Source: Candidatus Cloacimonadota bacterium (lineage in GTDB: Bacteria; Cloacimonadota; Cloacimonadia; G963667145). From it: 64,000 nucleotides of DNA. The stretch lies in the NCBI GenBank assembly GCA_963667145.1, contig OY762943.1, forward strand, positions 145,459 to 209,458. Direction: 5' to 3'. Position 1 is the first letter of the stretch. Every line of letters begins with the position of its first letter. This document shows positions 7,073 to 17,700 of this stretch, one piece after another. The notes under the pieces were generated by a model that was not told the DNA's origin, made no database searches, and saw only the letters and a list, made by a program, of their open reading frames with translations. The position numbers and the translations under genes are program-made.

Positions 7073-8227
7073 ATGAAAACGATTGAAGAGATTAAAAAGA
7101 AGTTGGCGAGCGGAGATGCGGTAGTCATTACTGCGGAACAAGCAACTCAACTTGCCAAGACAAAATCGGCTTTGGAAATTAGCAAAGAGGTTGATGTGGT
7201 GACCACGGCGACTTTTGCTCCAATGTGTTCTACTGGATGTTTTTTGAACTTCGGGAACTTGGATTTGCCTATTCGCATGGAAAAGATTTTCCTCAACGGA
7301 GTGCCTGCTCACGGAGGCTTGGCTGCTGCGGACACATATTTGGGTGCTACTGCGGAAAATCCCGCTAACCCTGGCTATGGTGGAGCACATGTTATTTGCG
7401 ATTTGATTGCGGGCAAAAGCGTTTGCTTGGAAGCTCAGGGCAAAGGTACAGATTGCTACCCACGGAAAGAGGTGAAAACTTATTTCAAGCTGGAGGACAT
7501 AAATCAAGCCTATTTGTACAATCCGCGTAACGCTTACCAAAACTATCCAGTGGCTGTTAATCCCAGCGATAGAGACATTTACACTTATATGGGCAAACTG
7601 CTTTCCAACAGTGGGAACGCCAGTTATTCCAGTGCGGGCGAGCTTAGTCCTCTGCTCAACGACCCTCAGATGCGAACAATCGGTGTTGGCACACGAATTT
7701 TCTTGGTTGGTGCCAGAGGCTATGTTAGTTGGCAGGGAACGCAATATGACAATCAGCGTGAGACCAACGAATTTGGTATTCCACTGATTCAATCGGCGGC
7801 TTTAGCTTTGATAGGTGACATGAAGAAAATGAATCCAGACTACATTAAACCACTGATTTTACAAAAATATGGCGTAACCATTTTCTTGGGCATCGGTATT
7901 CCCATTCCTATTCTGAACGAAGAGATTGCGGCGAATGTCAGCATCTCCAACGAGCATATCCAGACCTACGTTCGCGATTATGCCATCAATGATCACCCCA
8001 TATTGTGTAAGACTAACTATAAGGAATTGTTCAGCGGTGAGATAGATGTTAATGGCAAAAAAATCAAGACTTTCTCTTTTTCCAATTTGGACAAAGCCAG
8101 AGAGATAGCGGATATTTTGGCGGACAATATCAGGTCGGGAATTTTCCAGATAAATCAGCCTGTGGAACTATTTGAAGACAAAATCGTTCAGAAGCCATTG
8201 ATTTTGCGGGAGAAGGATGAACGATAA
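7073..8227 (+). CDS. DUF39/COG1900 homocysteine-biosynthesis protein (L-aspartate-semialdehyde sulfurtransferase-like, MA1821 family)
   Basis: 384 aa. Motifs VDVVTTATFAPMCSTGCFLNFG, GTDCYPRK, NPRNAYQNY, GELSPLLNDPQMRTIGVGTRIF are characteristic of DUF39 proteins of methanogens and anaerobic bacteria. RBS gagagg. Confidence 0.75.
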   Translation: MKTIEEIKKKLASGDAVVITAEQATQLAKTKSALEISKEVDVVTTATFAPMCSTGCFLNFGNLDLPIRMEKIFLNGVPAHGGLAAADTYLGATAENPANPGYGGAHVICDLIAGKSVCLEAQGKGTDCYPRKEVKTYFKLEDINQAYLYNPRNAYQNYPVAVNPSDRDIYTYMGKLLSNSGNASYSSAGELSPLLNDPQMRTIGVGTRIFLVGARGYVSWQGTQYDNQRETNEFGIPLIQSAALALIGDMKKMNPDYIKPLILQKYGVTIFLGIGIPIPILNEEIAANVSISNEHIQTYVRDYAINDHPILCKTNYKELFSGEIDVNGKKIKTFSFSNLDKAREIADILADNIRSGIFQINQPVELFEDKIVQKPLILREKDER

Positions 8228-8939
8228 TTTCCGCGTTTACAGAAGCTTGAGTGCAGGTAGCTGGAACAGGGTGCAGGCGTGCCACAAAGACAGCGACATC
8301 GTGGTTCATTATCAGCCTGACGTGAATGGCGAACTTGTCAAGAAAGCACTTTTGGAGAAGATTGTAACGCTAAGAGAGAGTTTGGAGCAGTATCCTCATT
8401 TCGATAGCTTGCGTTCGTTGCTCCCTGTGGCAGTTAGGGAGGATGACACGGATGATGTTGTGGAGCTAAAGAAGTGTTCACAGCAGGCTAGTGTTGGGGC
8501 TTTAGCTGGAATTGCAGGATTTTTCGCCAAAAAAGTTGGAGAATTTTTGTTGCAAAAATTTAATTTAGGCAAAATATTGGTGGAGAACGGTGGAGATTTG
8601 TATTTGTTCGGAGACGATAAGACGAAAGTTTTGTTGCCGAGCGGAGACGAAAACAGTCAGGATTTGTGCATTACGATTGACGAATTTCCGATGGGTGTAG
8701 CCACTTCTTCGGGCAAGAACGGACCGAGTTTCAACAAAGGAAAAGCCGACAGCGTGTGTGTTGTGGCGAAGAGTGCCGTTTTGGCAGATTGCTTTGCCAC
8801 TGCGTATGCAAACCGCCTCAAATCTTCCGAAGATTTACAAGAGGTTTTGAATGGCTTAGACCCTGATGTGCTTGGGTTCATTGCTTGTGTAGATGGTCAA
8901 TATGCCATAAAGTCCAAATTCGCTGTGGAGTTTTGCTAA
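8217..8939 (+). CDS. UPF0280/COG2122 ApbE-like protein (MA1715 family, implicated in sulfide-dependent homocysteine synthesis)
   Basis: 240 aa. Overlaps the DUF39 gene by 11 nt (translational coupling). Size and gene context match COG2122 partners of COG1900. Confidence 0.45.
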   Translation: MNDNFRVYRSLSAGSWNRVQACHKDSDIVVHYQPDVNGELVKKALLEKIVTLRESLEQYPHFDSLRSLLPVAVREDDTDDVVELKKCSQQASVGALAGIAGFFAKKVGEFLLQKFNLGKILVENGGDLYLFGDDKTKVLLPSGDENSQDLCITIDEFPMGVATSSGKNGPSFNKGKADSVCVVAKSAVLADCFATAYANRLKSSEDLQEVLNGLDPDVLGFIACVDGQYAIKSKFAVEFC

Positions 8940-8972
8940 AGGTTCAAAAAAAAATAAATTTCGGGAAAGTGT

Positions 8973-9926
8973 ATGAAAGTTGTAGAAGCTGTAAAACAAG
9001 GTAAACCAGTTTTATCTTTGGAAGTGTTGCCTCCAGTCAGAGGTTCGGAACTTGGCAAGGTGCTTGCTCCTTTGGAGAGATTGGCGAAATACAATTGTCA
9101 GTTTGTTAATGTTACCAATCATCAGCGGGCGTATAAGTTGGTGCAGACTGCCACAGGCGTGGTGAAGGAAGCTACAAATCGCAGAACTGGCACGGTGGGA
9201 GTTGCTGCGGCTATTCAGTACAAACTGGGAATTGAAGCTGTTCCGCACCTCATTTGTGGCGGAGTTGACAAATACGAGTTGGAAGATTTGCTCATCAATC
9301 TGAACTTTTTGGGCATCAAGAACCTCTATGTAATCAGAGGTGATCCGCAGATGGGAGCCAGAGTTTTTGTTGCTAATGAAGACGGCTTTGACCATGCAGA
9401 CCAGATGGTGGTTCAGATTAGGAAGATGAACGAGGGGCAATATCTTTTCCCCATAGACAATGCAGGCAAAAGTGATTTTTGCATTGGAATTGCCGCTTAT
9501 CCCGAAAAGCATTTTGAAGCTCTGAATATGGAAAGAGATTTGTTCTATCTAAAGCAAAAAGTCGCTTCAGGAGCGGATTACATTATCACTCAGATGTTTT
9601 ATGATGTGCAAAAATTCAAGGAGTTCGTGAATTTGGTTCGAGCGGAAGGTATAGATATTCCGATAATACCAGGGATAAAGCCGATAGGTTCGCAAAAGAT
9701 TTTGGCAACACTCCCCAGAGCTTTCTATTTTGACGTTCCCAAAGATTTGGTGCAAGGCTTGTCTGACGCTAATAGCCGAGAAGAGGAACGAAAGTTTGGG
9801 GTGGACTATGTAACTAAGATGATAGAAGAATTATTAGATTTTGGCGTTCCAGGAATACACCTATTCACCATGGGTAGCAGCCGATTGACCGAGCAATTGT
9901 TAGAAAGGTTCAAAGGCGTTTTTTAG
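8973..9926 (+). CDS. metF: 5,10-methylenetetrahydrofolate reductase
   Basis: 317 aa. LSLEVLPP (SFEFFPP-like), AVPHLICGG, IGIAAYPEKH, YIITQMFYDV, IPIIPGI and IHLFTMG align with the E. coli MetF motifs. Confidence 0.85.
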   Translation: MKVVEAVKQGKPVLSLEVLPPVRGSELGKVLAPLERLAKYNCQFVNVTNHQRAYKLVQTATGVVKEATNRRTGTVGVAAAIQYKLGIEAVPHLICGGVDKYELEDLLINLNFLGIKNLYVIRGDPQMGARVFVANEDGFDHADQMVVQIRKMNEGQYLFPIDNAGKSDFCIGIAAYPEKHFEALNMERDLFYLKQKVASGADYIITQMFYDVQKFKEFVNLVRAEGIDIPIIPGIKPIGSQKILATLPRAFYFDVPKDLVQGLSDANSREEERKFGVDYVTKMIEELLDFGVPGIHLFTMGSSRLTEQLLERFKGVF

Positions 9927-9952
9927 AATAACCTCTTATTTTTCAATATTTT

Positions 9953-9977
9953 CTCTCTGCAACAAAAAAGCAGAGGG
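9953..9977 (+). terminator. Hairpin CTCTCTGCaacaaaaaaGCAGAGGG after metF
   Basis: 7/8-bp stem, 9-nt loop, followed by aaaattctt and a TTGACG -35-like hexamer. Confidence 0.4.
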
Positions 9978-10045
9978 AAAATTCTTGACGATTATTTGCG
10001 GGTTAATTTAAGTTAATCGAAACATAAATTAAGTGAGGAGGTAAG

Positions 10046-11188
10046 ATGTCAAAAATAGTTAAATTGCTATTTTTAGTTGCTCTGGTTTTTTCTTTTTGGG
10101 GATGTAAAGAAGAAAAAGCAGAATCAAATGTTATTAAAATAGGTGTTTTTGAGCCTTTGACTGGAGCTAATGCTGCTGGTGGAGAGTTGGAGGTTGAAGG
10201 GATCAAAATGGCTAACGAAATGTATCCAGAAGTCTTGGGTAAGAAAATTGAGTTGGTAATTGTTGATAACAAATCTGACAAAGTAGAGGCTGCTAATGCT
10301 GCTGTTCGCTTGACTGACAAAGAAAAAGTATCTGCTATTTTGGGTAGCTGGGGTTCCTCTTTTTCTATGGCTGCTGGACCTATCGTGGCTAAGGCAAAAG
10401 TTCCTGCTATCGGTGTTTCTTGTACTAATCCTTTGGTTACTAGAGGTAATGATTATTATTTCAGAGTTTGTTTTATAGATCCATTCCAAGGTTCGGTTAT
10501 GGCAAACTATGCTTATTCAAATCTTAATGCCCGTAAAGTTGCGATTGTACGTGAAATTTCCAACGATTATTCTGTAGCTTTAGCTAAGTTCTTTACTGAC
10601 GATTTTATCAAACTTACAGGCGATAATGATGCAATTGTTACAGTTTTGGATTATAATACAGGAGACCAAGACTTTACTTCTCAATTAACCTCTCTGAAAG
10701 GAAAGAAAATAGATGCTATTTTTGCTCCAGGAAATTACACCGAGTCTGCTTTGGTAATGAAACAACTCAAAGAAATCGGACTTGATATCCCCATGCTTGG
10801 TGGAGACACTTGGGAAACTCCTGAGCTGATAGAAATTGCTGGATCGGCTGGAGAAGGTGCAGTTCTTTCTACTTTCTTTACTTCTGAGACCCCTATCACC
10901 AAAACTTCGGAAATTTTCTTGAAGGCGTACAGAGAAAAATACAGCAAAGAACCTGCTGCTGTTACAGCTCTTGGTTTTGATGCGTATTTGTTGGTTTTTG
11001 AAACTATTAAAAAGATAGGTACAGCTGATCCTCAAAAATTGAGAGATGCTCTTGCTAAAACTGAAGGCTTCGAGGGTGCCGCTGGTATCGTTACGTTGGA
11101 TGTTAATGGTGATGCCGTTAAACCTGCTATTATCAAGCAAATTAAAGATGGTAAGTTTACTTATCTTACTACTGTAGAAGCTAGATAA
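10046..11188 (+). CDS. Branched-chain amino acid ABC transporter substrate-binding lipoprotein (LivJ/LivK family)
   Basis: 380 aa. Signal peptide with lipobox FWGC. IKIGVFEPLTGANAAGG and the periplasmic-binding-protein type I fold pattern. RBS gaggagg. Confidence 0.85.
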   Translation: MSKIVKLLFLVALVFSFWGCKEEKAESNVIKIGVFEPLTGANAAGGELEVEGIKMANEMYPEVLGKKIELVIVDNKSDKVEAANAAVRLTDKEKVSAILGSWGSSFSMAAGPIVAKAKVPAIGVSCTNPLVTRGNDYYFRVCFIDPFQGSVMANYAYSNLNARKVAIVREISNDYSVALAKFFTDDFIKLTGDNDAIVTVLDYNTGDQDFTSQLTSLKGKKIDAIFAPGNYTESALVMKQLKEIGLDIPMLGGDTWETPELIEIAGSAGEGAVLSTFFTSETPITKTSEIFLKAYREKYSKEPAAVTALGFDAYLLVFETIKKIGTADPQKLRDALAKTEGFEGAAGIVTLDVNGDAVKPAIIKQIKDGKFTYLTTVEAR

Positions 11189-11199
11189 TTCTATATTTT

Positions 11200-11245
11200 A
11201 TGACTCTTTAGTCTCGACTAATTTTTATTCGGATTAAAGAGTCAT
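11200..11245 (+). terminator. Intra-operon hairpin (ATGACTCTTTA...TAAAGAGTCAT) after the binding-protein gene
   Basis: 11-bp perfect inverted repeat with 24-nt loop and an A/T-rich tail. Typical attenuation point between an SBP gene and the permease genes. Confidence 0.45.
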
Positions 11246-11298
11246 TATTATCATTATAATTTGCTTATTTTTTTTATAATTAGAGGGGATTTAATAAA

Positions 11299-12186
11299 TT
11301 GGATATTTTTTTACAACATTCGATTAACGCTCTTTCTTTAGGTAGCCTTTATGCCCTAATTGCCATAGGATATACAATGGTTTACGGGATTATAAGGTTG
11401 ATAAATTTTGCTCACGGTGAAATTTTTATGATAAGTGCTTATTTTGCTTTCTATTTACTTGGAGTGTTTTTGTTGCCATGGTGGCTAAGTTTCATATTGG
11501 CTATCGTATTAACTATTTTTACTGGAATTTTGGTTGAAAAGGTTGCTTATAAGCCTCTTCGTAATTATCCTAGAGTTTCAGTGATGATTTCAGCTATTGG
11601 AGTTTCTTTTTTCTTGCAAAATTTGGGAATTGTTGTTTTTGGAGGTAGACCGAAAGCTTTCCCTGTTCCTGAATTATTTGGTAAAATTGTTAAACTAGGT
11701 TTTGTGCAATTTGTAGGCGTTTCCGCTTACATTCCTGTTATCACGATTTTGGCACTCTTGGTTTTGTTGCATATAATTTATAAGACAAAAATAGGTATGG
11801 CTATGAGAGCTTCTAGTTTAGATATTGAGGCTACGAGTTTGATGGGAATAAGTGTGAATAAGGTGGTGTCGATAACTTTTGCTATTGGTTCTGGGTTGGC
11901 AGCTGTTGGTGGAATTATGTGGAGTATGCGTTATCCTCAGCTAATGCCTGTGATGGGTCTTATTCCTGGTCTTAAGTGTTTTATTGCTGCTGTGGTAGGA
12001 GGAATTGGAAAAATTAAAGGGGCAGTTGTTGGAGGTTTGGTTATTGGTTTTGGCGAAATTGCTATTGTTGCCTTGTCTCCATCGTTATCGGGGTTTAGAG
12101 ATGCTTTTGCTTTTGTACTTTTAATTGCTATTTTGATGATTAAGCCGACAGGTATTTTTGGATCTAATGCTATAGAAAAGGTGTAG
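11299..12186 (+). CDS. livH: Branched-chain amino acid ABC transporter permease
   Basis: 295 aa, polytopic. LivH-type motifs GYTMVYGIIRLINFAHGE. Confidence 0.85.
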   Translation: MDIFLQHSINALSLGSLYALIAIGYTMVYGIIRLINFAHGEIFMISAYFAFYLLGVFLLPWWLSFILAIVLTIFTGILVEKVAYKPLRNYPRVSVMISAIGVSFFLQNLGIVVFGGRPKAFPVPELFGKIVKLGFVQFVGVSAYIPVITILALLVLLHIIYKTKIGMAMRASSLDIEATSLMGISVNKVVSITFAIGSGLAAVGGIMWSMRYPQLMPVMGLIPGLKCFIAAVVGGIGKIKGAVVGGLVIGFGEIAIVALSPSLSGFRDAFAFVLLIAILMIKPTGIFGSNAIEKV

Positions 12187-12189
12187 GTT

Positions 12190-13233
12190 ATGGATAAAAA
12201 ACTTAAATTAAGATTGAATGTTGTGTTGATAGTAATAGGTATTTTGTTTTTATCTTTAGCTGAATCTATTCTTGGCTCTTATCAGGTGCGAATTTTTAAT
12301 TTGTGTGCTATTTATATTGTTTTGGCTGTGAGTTTAAATCTAATAAACGGCTATATTGGCATGTTGTCTTTGGGTTCTGCGGGGTTTATGGCTTTGGGTG
12401 CGTATGTAAGTGCTCTTTTGACTATGTCTGCACAAGTTAAGCAAATGAATTTCTTTTTAACTCCGATTGTTCCAATTTTAGCTAATGTGGAATTACCTTT
12501 TATAGTGGCTCTTTTGATAGGTGGATTGATAGCTGCTTTTGTTGCTTTTTTGATTGGATTCCCAGTTTTGAAACTTACCGACGATTATTTGGCAATTGCT
12601 ACTTTGGGATTTGGAGAAATCGTTAGAGTTGTTTTTACAAATATGCAACCTATTACTAATGGACCTCTTGGTTTAAAAGGGTTGCCCAGTTATACCAATA
12701 TTTATTGGAGTTGGGGTTGGGCTTTTTTTACGGTGATAGTTATTGGATTTTTAATAAAAGGGAGCTATGGCAAAGCTTTCAAAGCTATTCGTGAAAACGA
12801 AATTGCTGCCAAAGCAGTTGGAATCAACGTCATGAAATATAAACTCATGGCTTTTGTTATTTCGGCTTTTTTTACTGGAATAGGTGGAGGTCTTTTAGCT
12901 CATCTTATAGGCACAATTGATCCTCTCATGTTTCGTTTTATTTTGACTTTTAATATTGTTTTGATTATAGTTTTGGGAGGACTCGGCAGTATTTCTGGCA
13001 GTATTATAGGTTCCATTATTTTTGTAATAGCTTTGGAGGGACTTCGCTTTTTGGATGCTCCGATGAATTTTGGATTGTTCACAATACCTGGAGTTCCTGG
13101 AACTAGAATGGTAGTTTTTTCTGCGATTTTACTTTTTATTATTCTTTTTTATCGCAAGGGGATTATGGGTAGGCAAGAGTTATCTTGGGAAAAAGTTTGC
13201 TCTGTTAAAAGCAGATTTAAAAGGAGCAAATAG
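12190..13233 (+). CDS. livM: Branched-chain amino acid ABC transporter permease
   Basis: 347 aa, polytopic, LivM-like. Tightly linked to livH. Confidence 0.85.
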   Translation: MDKKLKLRLNVVLIVIGILFLSLAESILGSYQVRIFNLCAIYIVLAVSLNLINGYIGMLSLGSAGFMALGAYVSALLTMSAQVKQMNFFLTPIVPILANVELPFIVALLIGGLIAAFVAFLIGFPVLKLTDDYLAIATLGFGEIVRVVFTNMQPITNGPLGLKGLPSYTNIYWSWGWAFFTVIVIGFLIKGSYGKAFKAIRENEIAAKAVGINVMKYKLMAFVISAFFTGIGGGLLAHLIGTIDPLMFRFILTFNIVLIIVLGGLGSISGSIIGSIIFVIALEGLRFLDAPMNFGLFTIPGVPGTRMVVFSAILLFIILFYRKGIMGRQELSWEKVCSVKSRFKRSK

Positions 13234-13998
13234 ATGAGTAGCATTTTGAGTTGCAAAGAGTTAACCATAAAATTTGGCGGTCTCACAGCTGTTGATACAT
13301 ACAACATGGAAATTGAGCAAGGTGAGATTGTCGGACTGATAGGACCCAATGGTGCTGGGAAGACTACTATTTTCAATATGATTACTGGCGTGTATCTTCC
13401 TACGAATGGGGAAGTATATTTAGAAGGTGAAAAGATTGACGGGCTAAAAATCGAAGAAATTGTGAAGAAAGGTGTAGTCAGAACTTTTCAGAACATTCGC
13501 CTTTTTGACGATATGAGTGTCTTGGAAAATGTTTTTATTGCTCAACAAATGAATATTAATTCCAATATTTTTGCTTCTATTTTGCGTACCAAGAGCTATC
13601 GTGATGAAGAGAGCAAAATGTTTGATAAAGCAAGATTGCTCTTGCAAGAAGTGGGGTTGGAAGAATTTGCCGATTATAAAGCTTCGAGTTTACCTTATGG
13701 CAAACAAAGGAGATTGGAAATTGCTAGAGCTTTGGCTACTAAACCTAAAGTTTTACTTTTGGATGAACCTGCTGCAGGTATGAATCCGCAGGAATCTGTA
13801 GAACTGATGGAATTTATCCATCAAATTAGGGATAAGTTTGGTGTAACCATCTTTTTGATTGAGCATCATATGCAGGTAGTCATGGGTGTTTGTGATAGGG
13901 TGTATGTTATTGATTATGGGGAAACTATAGCGAAGGGAATTCCCAGTGAAATTCAAAAAAATCCCAAAGTGATTGAAGCTTATTTGGGGGTTGATTAG
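13234..13998 (+). CDS. livG: Branched-chain amino acid ABC transporter ATP-binding protein
   Basis: 254 aa. Walker A GPNGAGKTT, signature LPYGKQRRLEIARAL, Walker B LLLDEPAAG. Confidence 0.9.
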   Translation: MSSILSCKELTIKFGGLTAVDTYNMEIEQGEIVGLIGPNGAGKTTIFNMITGVYLPTNGEVYLEGEKIDGLKIEEIVKKGVVRTFQNIRLFDDMSVLENVFIAQQMNINSNIFASILRTKSYRDEESKMFDKARLLLQEVGLEEFADYKASSLPYGKQRRLEIARALATKPKVLLLDEPAAGMNPQESVELMEFIHQIRDKFGVTIFLIEHHMQVVMGVCDRVYVIDYGETIAKGIPSEIQKNPKVIEAYLGVD

Positions 13999-13999
13999 T

Positions 14000-14713
14000 A
14001 TGTTAAAAGTTAAAAATCTTAGTGTAAATTTTGGTGGTATCACAGCTATAGATGGTATAAGTTTTGAAGTCCCCAAGGGGAAAATAATTTCTTTAATTGG
14101 GGCGAATGGTGCAGGAAAATCTACTACTCTCAGAACTGTTGTGGGATTGGAAAAAGCAAAGAGTGGCAGTGTGATGTATGATGGTAAAGAAATTTTGGGC
14201 AAGAGCGTTGTGGAAATCGTGAAATCGGGTGTGGTTTTAGTTCCTGAAGGAAGAAGAATTTTTGCTAATTTATCTGTAAAAGAAAATTTAATTATGGGAG
14301 CCTACAATATCAAAAGTAAAGCTGTTATTTTAGATTTGATGAAACATGTTTTTGAGGTTTTCCCTAGATTGGAAGAGAGGCAATGGCAAGAGGCAGGTAC
14401 TCTTTCTGGCGGAGAGCAACAGATGTTAGCAGTGGGCAGAGCTTTAATGACAAAGCCCAAACTAATTATGATGGACGAGCCAAGTCTTGGACTAGCACCT
14501 TTGATTGTGAAAGATATTTTGCAGGTCATTCAAAGAATTAACGAAGAAGGTGTGACTGTTTTGCTTATTGAACAAAACGCTAAAGCAGCTTTAGAAATTT
14601 CTGATTATGCTTTTGTATTGGAAACAGGTCGAGTTACCATGCACGGCACGGGCAAAGAGCTTGCAGATAATGAGGATGTAAAGAAAGCTTATTTGGGAGA
14701 GGAAGCGATATAG
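14000..14713 (+). CDS. livF: Branched-chain amino acid ABC transporter ATP-binding protein
   Basis: Walker A GANGAGKST, signature LSGGEQQMLAVGRAL. ATG 14000 chosen with RBS gggggt; the ORF-track start 13973 overlaps livG. Confidence 0.9.
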   Translation: MLKVKNLSVNFGGITAIDGISFEVPKGKIISLIGANGAGKSTTLRTVVGLEKAKSGSVMYDGKEILGKSVVEIVKSGVVLVPEGRRIFANLSVKENLIMGAYNIKSKAVILDLMKHVFEVFPRLEERQWQEAGTLSGGEQQMLAVGRALMTKPKLIMMDEPSLGLAPLIVKDILQVIQRINEEGVTVLLIEQNAKAALEISDYAFVLETGRVTMHGTGKELADNEDVKKAYLGEEAI

Positions 14714-14786
14714 ATTTTATTTTGTAAAATTTGAAAATTAAAATAATTGTAGGTAATATTTATGGAACTTAATACAGGAGGACAAT

Positions 14787-17700
14787 ATGTCTAAAAAATT
14801 AACGATGGATGGGAACATGGCTGCTGCCCACGTGGCATATGCGTTTTCGGACGTTGCGGCTATCTATCCTATCACACCGTCATCAGATATGGGGCAATAT
14901 GCGGATTTGTGGGCTTCTCAAGGACGCAAAAACGTTTTTGGACAGGTTTTGGATGTAACCGAAATGCAGTCGGAAGCTGGTGCAGCTGGAGCTGTGCATG
15001 GAGCTCTTTCGGCTGGAGCTTTCACCACTACTTTCACCGCTTCACAAGGTTTGCTTTTGATGTTGCCTAACATGCACAAAATCGCAGGGGAAATGCTTCC
15101 TACGGTTTTCCATGTTTCGGCTAGGTCTTTGGCTTGTCAGTCGTTATCTATATTTGGCGACCATTCCGATGTAATGTCGGCACGTAACACGGGCTTTGCC
15201 TTGATGGCAGCTTCCAACGCACAGGAAATTATGGATTTGGCTGTCGTTTCGCATTTGGCTACCTTGAAAGGACGCGTTCCTTTCCTCAACTTCTTCGATG
15301 GTTTCCGCAACTCTCACGAAATTTCCAAAATAGATGTTTTCGATTACGACGAAATCAAAGGTCTTTTGGAGATGAAATATGTCAGAGAGTTCAGAAATTT
15401 GGCTTTGAATCCTCAAAAACCGATGGTGAAAGTTGCTGCTCAAAACCCAGATGTGTATTTCCAAGGAAGAGAAAGCTCCAACAACTATTATGCCAAATTG
15501 CCAGAGATTGTTTTGGAATACATGGACAAGGTAGGGAAGTTGTCGGGACGCAATTACAAACTTTTCGATTACGTCGGTGCTACTGATGCCACCAAAGTGA
15601 TAGTTTGTATGGGTTCCGGAGCTGCTACTGTGGAAGAGACTGTGAACTATCTATCCAAAAAAGGCGAAAAAGTTGGTCTTGTTAAAATCCGTCTGTATCG
15701 TCCTTTCTCCATCAAGCACTTCAAAGATGCGTTGCCGTCTTCAGTGAAAGATGTGGTTGTTTTGGACAGAACAAAAGAGCCGGGTTCTATTGGCGAGCCT
15801 CTTTATTTAGACGTGGTTGCTTCCCTTGTGGACACTGGCTTGAAGGTCGTTGGCGGACGCTACGGGCTTTCTTCCAAGGAGTTCACACCTTCTATGGTCA
15901 ACGCTATTTTTGAGCAAGCTGGAAATGGTTTGAAACACGGATTTACTGTTGGTATTGAAGACGATTTGAGCGGGACTTCGATTAAGGTTGAAAAGCACAT
16001 CAACACTTTGACCGAAGGAACAGTGAGTTGCAAATTTTGGGGACTTGGTGCAGACGGTACTGTTGGTGCTAACAAAAACTCCATCAAGATTATCGGCGAT
16101 CATACAGATATGTATGCACAAGGCTATTTCCAATACGATTCCAAAAAATCTGGTGGTGTTACCAGAAGCCATTTGAGATTTGGCAAAAGTCCGATTTTGG
16201 CTGAGTATCTTATTGTTAATGCAGACTTTATCGCTTGTCACAATCCTGCTTATATAGGAAGATACGACCTCTTGGAAGGAATTAAAGATGGCGGAATTTT
16301 CCTCCTTAATTCCCAATTCAGCAGAGAAGAAGTTTTTTCTAAGCTGACCAAGGATATGCAAGAAACGATTATCAAAAAGAAAATCAGATTCTACAACGTT
16401 GATGCTTTGAGTATTGCCAGAGAGTGTGGTTTGGCTGGTAGAATCAACACAGTGATGCAAGCTGCTTTCTTTGCAATTTCCGAGATTTTGCCGAGAGAAG
16501 AAGCTATCACTCTGATAAAAGAGTCTATCAAAAAAACTTACCTCAAGAAAAAAGGTCAGGCTGTAGTTGATATGAACTGGAAAGCTGTGGACGAGGCGAG
16601 CAAGGCTTTGACACAGATAGAGGTTCCTGCTAAAGCCAGCCAGTGGATTGAGCCTAAGAAGTTGGTTCCTGCTGATGCTGACGACTTCACCAAGAGCGTG
16701 ATAGAGCCGATTATGCACGAAAAAGGTGATGAGATTCCAGTTTCAAAAATGCCTTTGGATGGCTGTATGTATTCTGGAACTGCTGCTTTGGAAAAACGCG
16801 GTGTTGCTGCTCGCGTGCCGAGTTGGATTGCCGAAAATTGTATTCAATGTAACGCTTGTTCGTTGGTTTGCCCTCACGCAGCTATTCGTCCCAAATTGAT
16901 TGCCAAAGACAGCCTTGCGGATAAGCCTGCCCAGTTCAACACTATTCCTGCCATGGGCAAAGACGGTGACAAGTACGAATACAGAATGCAGGTGTTTATT
17001 GACGACTGCCTTGAGTGCGGTGCTTGCCTTAACTCTTGCCCCAAAGCTGCTTTGGAATTCAAGCCTGTGGAAGAAGAGTTGGTGCAAAGAGAGAATTTGG
17101 AATATTTCCAAAGCAAGCCTGAAGATGTGTGCGGAGACGTTATCGCTCCTACCACAATCAAAGGTTCTCAGTTCAAACAACCGCTCTTGGAGTTCTCAGG
17201 TGCTTGTGCAGGATGTGGCGAGACACCTTATGTGAAGTTACTCACACAGCTTTTTGGAAATAGAATGCTCATCGCCAATGCAACTGGATGTTCATCTATC
17301 TGGGGCGGAACTTTCCCCTCAATTCCATATTGTAAGAACAAAGACGGACACGGACCTGCTTGGGCTAACTCCTTGTTTGAGGACAACGCCGAGTACGGAC
17401 TTGGGTTCAGATTGGCTGTAAATTCCAATAGAGCTAACTTGAAGTTCAACATTGAGGCGTATTTGCAAGAGGACAGCTCCAGTGAACTCGCTAAATTGCT
17501 GAAAGAAGCGTTGGACAATTTTGATGCCAAAGATGAAGAAGCTATGAGCAGAGCAGCCAAGATTAGAGAACTTTTGCCAGCTGAGAGCAAGAGCAACAGC
17601 TTAGCCAGAGTCATCGAGTTGCAACATTATTTTGTTGATAAATCGATTTGGGCTTTTGGCGGTGATGGATGGGCTTATGACATCGGTTTCGGTGGATTGG

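Noticed and set aside
6799-7128. Minus-strand 109-aa ORF with an HAHHHAIHSHHH histidine tract
   Set aside because: The His tract is simply the reverse complement of the ATGATGATG run. The ORF overlaps the start of the DUF39 gene and has no RBS.
7055-7792. Long minus-strand ORFs (this one plus 15807-16718, 35071-36123, 39140-39961, 45263-46087, 47687-48583, 53728-54648, 54691-55593 and many shorter ones)
   Set aside because: Each lies entirely inside a well-supported plus-strand gene with clear homology and motifs. They are shadow ORFs of GC-skewed coding sequence with no RBS and low-complexity translations.
13973-13999. ORF-track start codons overlapping upstream genes (13973 livF, 19011 isf, 41874 Mo large subunit, 26252 gpmI, 40706 FAD subunit)
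   Set aside because: In each case an in-frame ATG with a GGAGG-like RBS lies just downstream of the preceding stop and matches the conserved protein N-terminus. The longer versions would overlap the upstream gene by 25-90 nt.
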